Below are positions 30,217 to 34,262 of a DNA stretch of 34,262 nucleotides, piece by piece. Within the stretch, counting starts at the first letter, position 1. Every line of letters starts with the position of its first letter. Origin of the DNA: an uncultured bacterium (lineage in GTDB: Bacteria; Chloroflexota; Anaerolineae; Anaerolineales; E44-bin32); assembly GCA_965364895.1 (NCBI GenBank), contig CBDTZL010000003.1, forward strand, positions 1 through 34,262. Direction: 5' to 3'. Below the pieces are notes generated by a model. It saw nothing but the letters and a program-made list of their open reading frames with translations, was not told where the DNA came from and did no database searches. The position numbers and the translations under genes were made by a program.

Positions 30217-31495
30217 TCGTCGTTCCATTCTCATTCCGCCCATCGAGCGAACTTTCCACTCGCCTCGCACGCACGCGGCGAATCCGCCGCCGCACTACCT
30301 GATCCACGACGAGCTGTAAGCCGCCCGATTCGAGCTGATCGCCCGGAGAGGGCACACGCCCAAGTTCACTGTAGATAAAGCCTCCTAAGGTTTCGCCCGC
30401 ATCCGTGGGCAGATCTGCATTCGTGATTTGATTAACATCATCCAGATCGATGCCGCCGCTGAAAATGTACTCGCCATTCTCCCCTTGCTCGTAGCTCGCC
30501 TCTTCGGCGAAATCATACTCGTCCCGGATTTCTCCGACGATCTCCTCAACGATATCCTCAATGGTTACAAGGCCGGCAGTGCCGCCGTATTCATCCACCA
30601 CAATTGCCAGGTGGAAGCGGCTGGCCTGCATTTCATCGAGCAGATCATCAACCTTTTTGGCTTCCGGCACGAAATACGCCTCCCGCTTGAGTTCCTCAAT
30701 TGGACGCTCATAGTTTCCCGCACTCCAGGCTTCCAGAAGGTCCTTCACATAAATCAAGCCGGTCACGTTGTCGATGTTCTCATTGAAAATCGGCGCTCGA
30801 GAGTAGCCGGTCTCTAGCATCATTTCGGTGGCGTCAGGAATAGAAGTAGATTCTTCCAACGCCTGGACATCGATACGTGGGACCATGACTTCTCGCGCCA
30901 GAGTGTCATCCAGCCGGAAGATGGAATAGATCATTTCTTTCTCGTCCTGCTCGATGGAGCCGACTTCTTCGCCGGCATCCACCATAGTCATGATCTCCTT
31001 CTCTGTCACCAGCGGATGCAAGGGACCGTTTTGGTTTGCTGAGCCCTGCCCACCGACCTTGAGCATCAGCCGAACGAGGGGCGAGAGGGTCGCTCCAAGT
31101 ACAGCAACCAGGGGACTGAGACGTAATGCCCAAGCCTCGGGGTTACGAAGAACAAGGCTTTCGGCGAGAAACTCCAGAGTGCTCATAACGAGTCCAGTCG
31201 CGGCGAGTGTCAGGGCAAATCCCAGCAGTCCGTCTGCAAAACTCAGATAAGTGGCCGCCGCTACCCCGATCGCTAGCAATCGAATGACTCCAAGCGCAAT
31301 TCTCAGCGATAGGAGCAAGCTGGATGAATCCTGAGTCATGCGCGCCGCGCGAGCGCTGCCAGTTGCACCTTCTTGCTCCAGGCGATGGAGAGTGGTCGGC
31401 CGGCTGTTCACCAGCGCGCTGCGCGCAGCTGCCAATAGCGTCTCAGCAATCAAAAGCAGCACCAGGATGGTAATGCTGACAATTTGATTAATCAT
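30206..31495 (-). CDS. Hemolysin/CNNM family protein (DUF21 + CBS pair + CorC)
   Basis: N-terminal TM region, AREVMVPR, GYSRAPI, AYFVPE, AIVVDEYGGTAGLVTIEDIVEEIVGEIRDEYD, ETLGGFI. Confidence 0.92.
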   Translation of the reverse strand: MINQIVSITILVLLLIAETLLAAARSALVNSRPTTLHRLEQEGATGSARAARMTQDSSSLLLSLRIALGVIRLLAIGVAAATYLSFADGLLGFALTLAATGLVMSTLEFLAESLVLRNPEAWALRLSPLVAVLGATLSPLVRLMLKVGGQGSANQNGPLHPLVTEKEIMTMVDAGEEVGSIEQDEKEMIYSIFRLDDTLAREVMVPRIDVQALEESTSIPDATEMMLETGYSRAPIFNENIDNVTGLIYVKDLLEAWSAGNYERPIEELKREAYFVPEAKKVDDLLDEMQASRFHLAIVVDEYGGTAGLVTIEDIVEEIVGEIRDEYDFAEEASYEQGENGEYIFSGGIDLDDVNQITNADLPTDAGETLGGFIYSELGRVPSPGDQLESGGLQLVVDQVVRRRIRRVRARRVESSLDGRNENGTTNGP

Positions 31496-31520
31496 CCGGC
31501 TCTAACTTCCGAATTACACG
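31488..31520 (-). repeat. Diverged direct copy of the last 33 bp of glmU, including the stop
   Basis: 28/33 identical to 31535-31567. Both read RVIRKLEPDD*. Confidence 0.92.
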
Positions 31521-31534
31521 CTGGGATCATGGGC

Positions 31535-32878
31535 TCAATCATCTGGCTCTAACTTCCGGATCACGCGCGCCGGCACTCCCGCAGCAAGCATGTGATCCGG
31601 CACATCTTTAGTGACCACCGCACCTGCTCCGGTCCGGGCGCCAATGCCGATCGTTACCGGCGCCACGAGCATCGTATCACTCCCGATAAAGGCGCCTTCA
31701 TGGATCGTTGTGGCGTTCTTTCGTTTGCCGTCGTAATTGCAGGTGATGGTTCCAGCGCCAATGTTGACGTTTTCGCCAATTGTGGCATCCCCAAGATACG
31801 AGAAGTGGCCAACTTTCACACCGGCTGCCAACGTGCTGTCCTTGATTTCACCAAAATTACCGACATGTACACCGGGTCCCAGCCTTGCCCCAGGTCGCAA
31901 TCTGGCGAACGGACCCACATCAACGCCGGCCTCAAGCACGGCCTTATCCACCACCGAGGCTTCAATGACACATCCTTCCGCGATGGTGGCGTTCCGGAGA
32001 ATCGAATTTGGGCCAATTCGGCAATCCTCACCGATGACCGTCTGACCTCCAAGGTGCGTATTCGGATGCAGGACCGTTCCTGGGCCAACGCTCACATCGG
32101 CATCGATATAGGTCGTGTTCGGGTCGATCATCCGCACCCCAGCTGCCATCAACTGGCGGTTGATTCTTCTTCTTGCGGCGGCCTCTGCCTGGGCCAGGTG
32201 TTCCATGGTGTTGACGCCAATCGTTTCGTCTGGGTCGTTGACTTCAATCGCGCCAATGCCCTCGGTGGCAAGGCCAATCACGTCTGTCAGGTAGTACTCG
32301 CCTTTTGGTGAAATAGGCACATTGGCAAGCTCTTTCCACAGCCACTTGGCGTCAAAGCAGTAGGCTCCGACGTTCAGCTCAGTGAGTGCCAATTCAGCAG
32401 AGTTGGCCTGCGCCTCCTCCACAATACCGGAGACCGCGCCCTGATCATCTCGAACGATGCGGCCGAAGCCGCGTGATTGCTCGTTGTTAGAGGTCAGCAG
32501 CGTCACGACGCCGGAGCTCGTTGATTGGGCTTCAACAAGGGATCGGAGGGTATCCGCGCTCAGCAGCGGCATATCGGCATTGACGACCAGAACTAGGTCG
32601 GATTCTCCGTCCAGGCGTTCTGCCGCCTGCAGTACAGCATGGCCAGTGCCCAGCGGCTCGGTCTGCTCAATCCATTTGGATGACCCTCCGGCAGCATCGC
32701 TAATGGCGGTGCCCTTCGGAGGAACAATTAAGTACGGCTGGTTGCCGGTTGCCTCCTGGCAGGCAAGAGCCGACCATCGGATCATCGGCTGACCGGCCAG
32801 TGGCTGAAGCAGCTTTGGCATGGAAGACTTCATGCGCGTGCCGAGGCCGGCAGCCAGGATGATGGATTCAGATCGCAT
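31535..32878 (-). CDS. glmU: Bifunctional UDP-GlcNAc pyrophosphorylase / glucosamine-1-P N-acetyltransferase
   Basis: IILAAGLGTRMKS, QTEPLGTGHAV, GEYYLTD, GPFARLRP, GNFGEIK, HFSYLGDA, GAGTITCNYDG. Confidence 0.97.
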   Translation of the reverse strand: MRSESIILAAGLGTRMKSSMPKLLQPLAGQPMIRWSALACQEATGNQPYLIVPPKGTAISDAAGGSSKWIEQTEPLGTGHAVLQAAERLDGESDLVLVVNADMPLLSADTLRSLVEAQSTSSGVVTLLTSNNEQSRGFGRIVRDDQGAVSGIVEEAQANSAELALTELNVGAYCFDAKWLWKELANVPISPKGEYYLTDVIGLATEGIGAIEVNDPDETIGVNTMEHLAQAEAAARRRINRQLMAAGVRMIDPNTTYIDADVSVGPGTVLHPNTHLGGQTVIGEDCRIGPNSILRNATIAEGCVIEASVVDKAVLEAGVDVGPFARLRPGARLGPGVHVGNFGEIKDSTLAAGVKVGHFSYLGDATIGENVNIGAGTITCNYDGKRKNATTIHEGAFIGSDTMLVAPVTIGIGARTGAGAVVTKDVPDHMLAAGVPARVIRKLEPDD

Positions 32879-32888
32879 TAATGCGATC
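32871..32888. promoter_or_regulatory. Perfect 18-bp palindrome spanning the glmU start codon
   Basis: GATCGCATTAATGCGATC is its own reverse complement. Function unknown. Confidence 0.45.
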
Positions 32889-32974
32889 GCTCATGTCGGG
32901 CGGGAGTGAATTGTGAGATCTGCGGGGGGTCTTCTGACACTCTTGGTATGGGTTCAAATCGATAGATCATCAGG

Positions 32975-33045
32975 CTGGGGAGCGTGGAATCGAACCACGA
33001 TTTTTCGCTCCAAAGGCGAACGTCATGCCGTTAGACCACTCCCCA
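32975..33045 (-). tRNA. tRNA-Gln (anticodon TTG)
   Basis: Acceptor stem TGGGGAG/CTCCCCA, anticodon arm TTCGC-CTTTGGA-GCGAA, T arm CGTGG-TTCGATT-CCACG, discriminator G. Followed by CCT, so CCA is not fully encoded. Confidence 0.96.
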
Positions 33046-33059
33046 AAAAATAGGGGGAC

Positions 33060-33068
33060 ATTGTAACA
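33060..33068 (-). promoter_or_regulatory. Extended -10 promoter (TGTTACAAT) for tRNA-Gln/glmU
   Basis: TGn-TACAAT 14 nt upstream of the tRNA 5' end. Confidence 0.6.
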
Positions 33069-33087
33069 CCCCGAGATTCTTGGCCTG

Positions 33088-33216
33088 CTTGTCCTGTGCA
33101 GCAGGGCTTGTCCTGTGCAACAGGGCTTGTCCTGTGCAAGCTAGGGCTTGTCCTTCGGCAGGGCTTGTCCTGTGCATCAGAGGACTTGTCCTGCGCAGCA
33201 GGGCTTGTCCCGCGCA
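33088..33216. repeat. Tandem array of 7 imperfect 17-21 bp units (consensus CTTGTCCTGTGCAGCAGGG)
   Basis: CTTGTCC recurs at 33088, 33107, 33126, 33147, 33164, 33185 and 33204. Units carry an internal CCT(G)...(C)AGG dyad. Confidence 0.92.
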
Positions 33217-33251
33217 TGGAGCCACAGGATCTTCTGCAACCAGGCGAATGG

Positions 33252-34262
33252 CTAGTCTTCAGCTTCTTCTTGGAGCAGACCCCGTTTCTGCGCCTCGTCA
33301 AATGTGAGCATGCTTTCATCGATCGGGCCTGTTCCGTCCGAACTACTATTGGCCTCGTCCCAAAAGTCCTCGGCCCCCTTCTTGCTCACCGAACTGGCGG
33401 CAGACTCGAGTTCTGACTCCTTCACGTCCTTCTTGGGGACTTCCCCATTGTGCTCGGATTTCTTCAGCTCATCCTTGTCGCCCGAGCGCGGAGTTGAAGT
33501 TGTCACTTTAGCCTCCCCTACGCTATAAAGGCCACTTACCAGATCCGTGGCCGCCTTACGACTATATTGAAGCACCGCACCAATCTGCTTGGCGCCTTTC
33601 TTGGACTCAAATACGATAACAAGTGCATGGTCAGAACCTACGCTAGCCTGGTAGAAATCGTAGGTCTCGCCATCGAAATACATAAAGTTAGCCGGTACTT
33701 CCTTTTGGAGCACACCACTGATCTCCACCCCGGCCTCGAAGGCAGTCATCAACCCAGGGAGAGCCATTCTTAGATCAACCGCATCGATCTCGCCGGCCTC
33801 GACGATGATTTCTCCCCTATTGTCTAACAAGAACGTAGCTTCCGCATCTAATTCGCTCTGCATCGCCATCAGCCATTGGGCTATGAATTCACGTTCTTCC
33901 TCCGCCGCATGCGCGCCGCCCTTCCCCTGCAGTTCAAGGGCTCGACTTACGGCTTCCAAGAAGTGACTGGTACGGAGCGGCTTGGTCAGAAATGCGATCA
34001 CGCCCAGCTCTTCGGCACGATCGCGGGCCTCCACAGATGGCTTCGCGGTCACAATTATGGCGCGTGAGTCTGGGCTCTCCTTCCTAGCTTTTTCGAGCAA
34101 CTCAAGGCCCGAAATCCCAGGCAGGTTCAGATCGGTGACCATTAGGTCCACGCCACCCCTGGAGAGCTCCAATAGGGCTTCTTCTCCTGAAGGGGTGTCA
34201 ACGATCGTGAAACTCTGGCCCGAAAGTTGAAGGTTTGAGCGAAGGGTGTTGCTTACCTTGTG
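33252..34262 (-). CDS. Response regulator (REC) fused to a Roadblock/LC7-like domain; 5' end outside the window
   Basis: Frame open to the window edge. REC motifs SGEEAL, DLMVTDLNLPGISG, IIVTA, FLTKP. Roadblock-like ATFLLDNRGEIIVEAG...HALVIVF...IGAV. Acidic tail FWD...LTFDEAQKRGLL. Confidence 0.85.
   Translation of the reverse strand, partial: HKVSNTLRSNLQLSGQSFTIVDTPSGEEALLELSRGGVDLMVTDLNLPGISGLELLEKARKESPDSRAIIVTAKPSVEARDRAEELGVIAFLTKPLRTSHFLEAVSRALELQGKGGAHAAEEEREFIAQWLMAMQSELDAEATFLLDNRGEIIVEAGEIDAVDLRMALPGLMTAFEAGVEISGVLQKEVPANFMYFDGETYDFYQASVGSDHALVIVFESKKGAKQIGAVLQYSRKAATDLVSGLYSVGEAKVTTSTPRSGDKDELKKSEHNGEVPKKDVKESELESAASSVSKKGAEDFWDEANSSSDGTGPIDESMLTFDEAQKRGLLQEEAED

Noticed and set aside
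2522-32792. Numerous antisense or overlapping ORFs in the six-frame track (e.g. 21573-22283, 31592-32311, 11986-12576)
   Set aside because: Shadows of GC-rich coding sequence lying opposite well-supported genes, with no recognisable motifs.
32895-32974. Integrative element or att duplication at the tRNA-Gln 3' end
   Set aside because: No convincing repeat of the tRNA 3' end and no integrase; glmU follows directly.
33088-33216. CRISPR array
   Set aside because: Units are 17-21 bp and directly adjacent with no unique spacers; no cas genes are present.
33023-33416. Short ORFs across the repeat array (AQDK/LVL-type repeats)
   Set aside because: Unit lengths are mostly not multiples of 3, and the ORFs overlap the tRNA, promoter or regulator; these are repeat translation artefacts.

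Overview
A 34 kb core-genome region (GC-rich by eye). It is probably from a Chloroflexota/Anaerolineae-like bacterium; this is an inference from the fused glyQS, P/T-rich protein tails, a REC-Roadblock regulator and the RpoD insertions. It holds rnz, acylphosphatase, a complete 14-gene nuoA-N operon (minus strand), an HD hydrolase and an LLM oxidoreductase. A minus-strand housekeeping run follows: response regulator, tRNA-Gln(TTG), glmU, CNNM/hemolysin, cdd, recO, glyQS, dnaG, rpoD, a LonC-like protease and a USP. I saw no integrase, transposase, RT or CRISPR. Two non-obvious signals stand out. (1) Three core genes (nuoC, glmU, rpoD) are each followed within about 50-85 bp by a diverged copy of their own 3' end; in nuoC and glmU, 9 of 10 differences are silent. 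(2) NuoL has a ~29-aa extension of its lateral helix, the signature of '2M' complex I, yet the operon has only one nuoM. A 7-unit ~19-bp palindromic tandem array lies upstream of the tRNA promoter, and an 18-bp perfect palindrome covers the glmU start codon.
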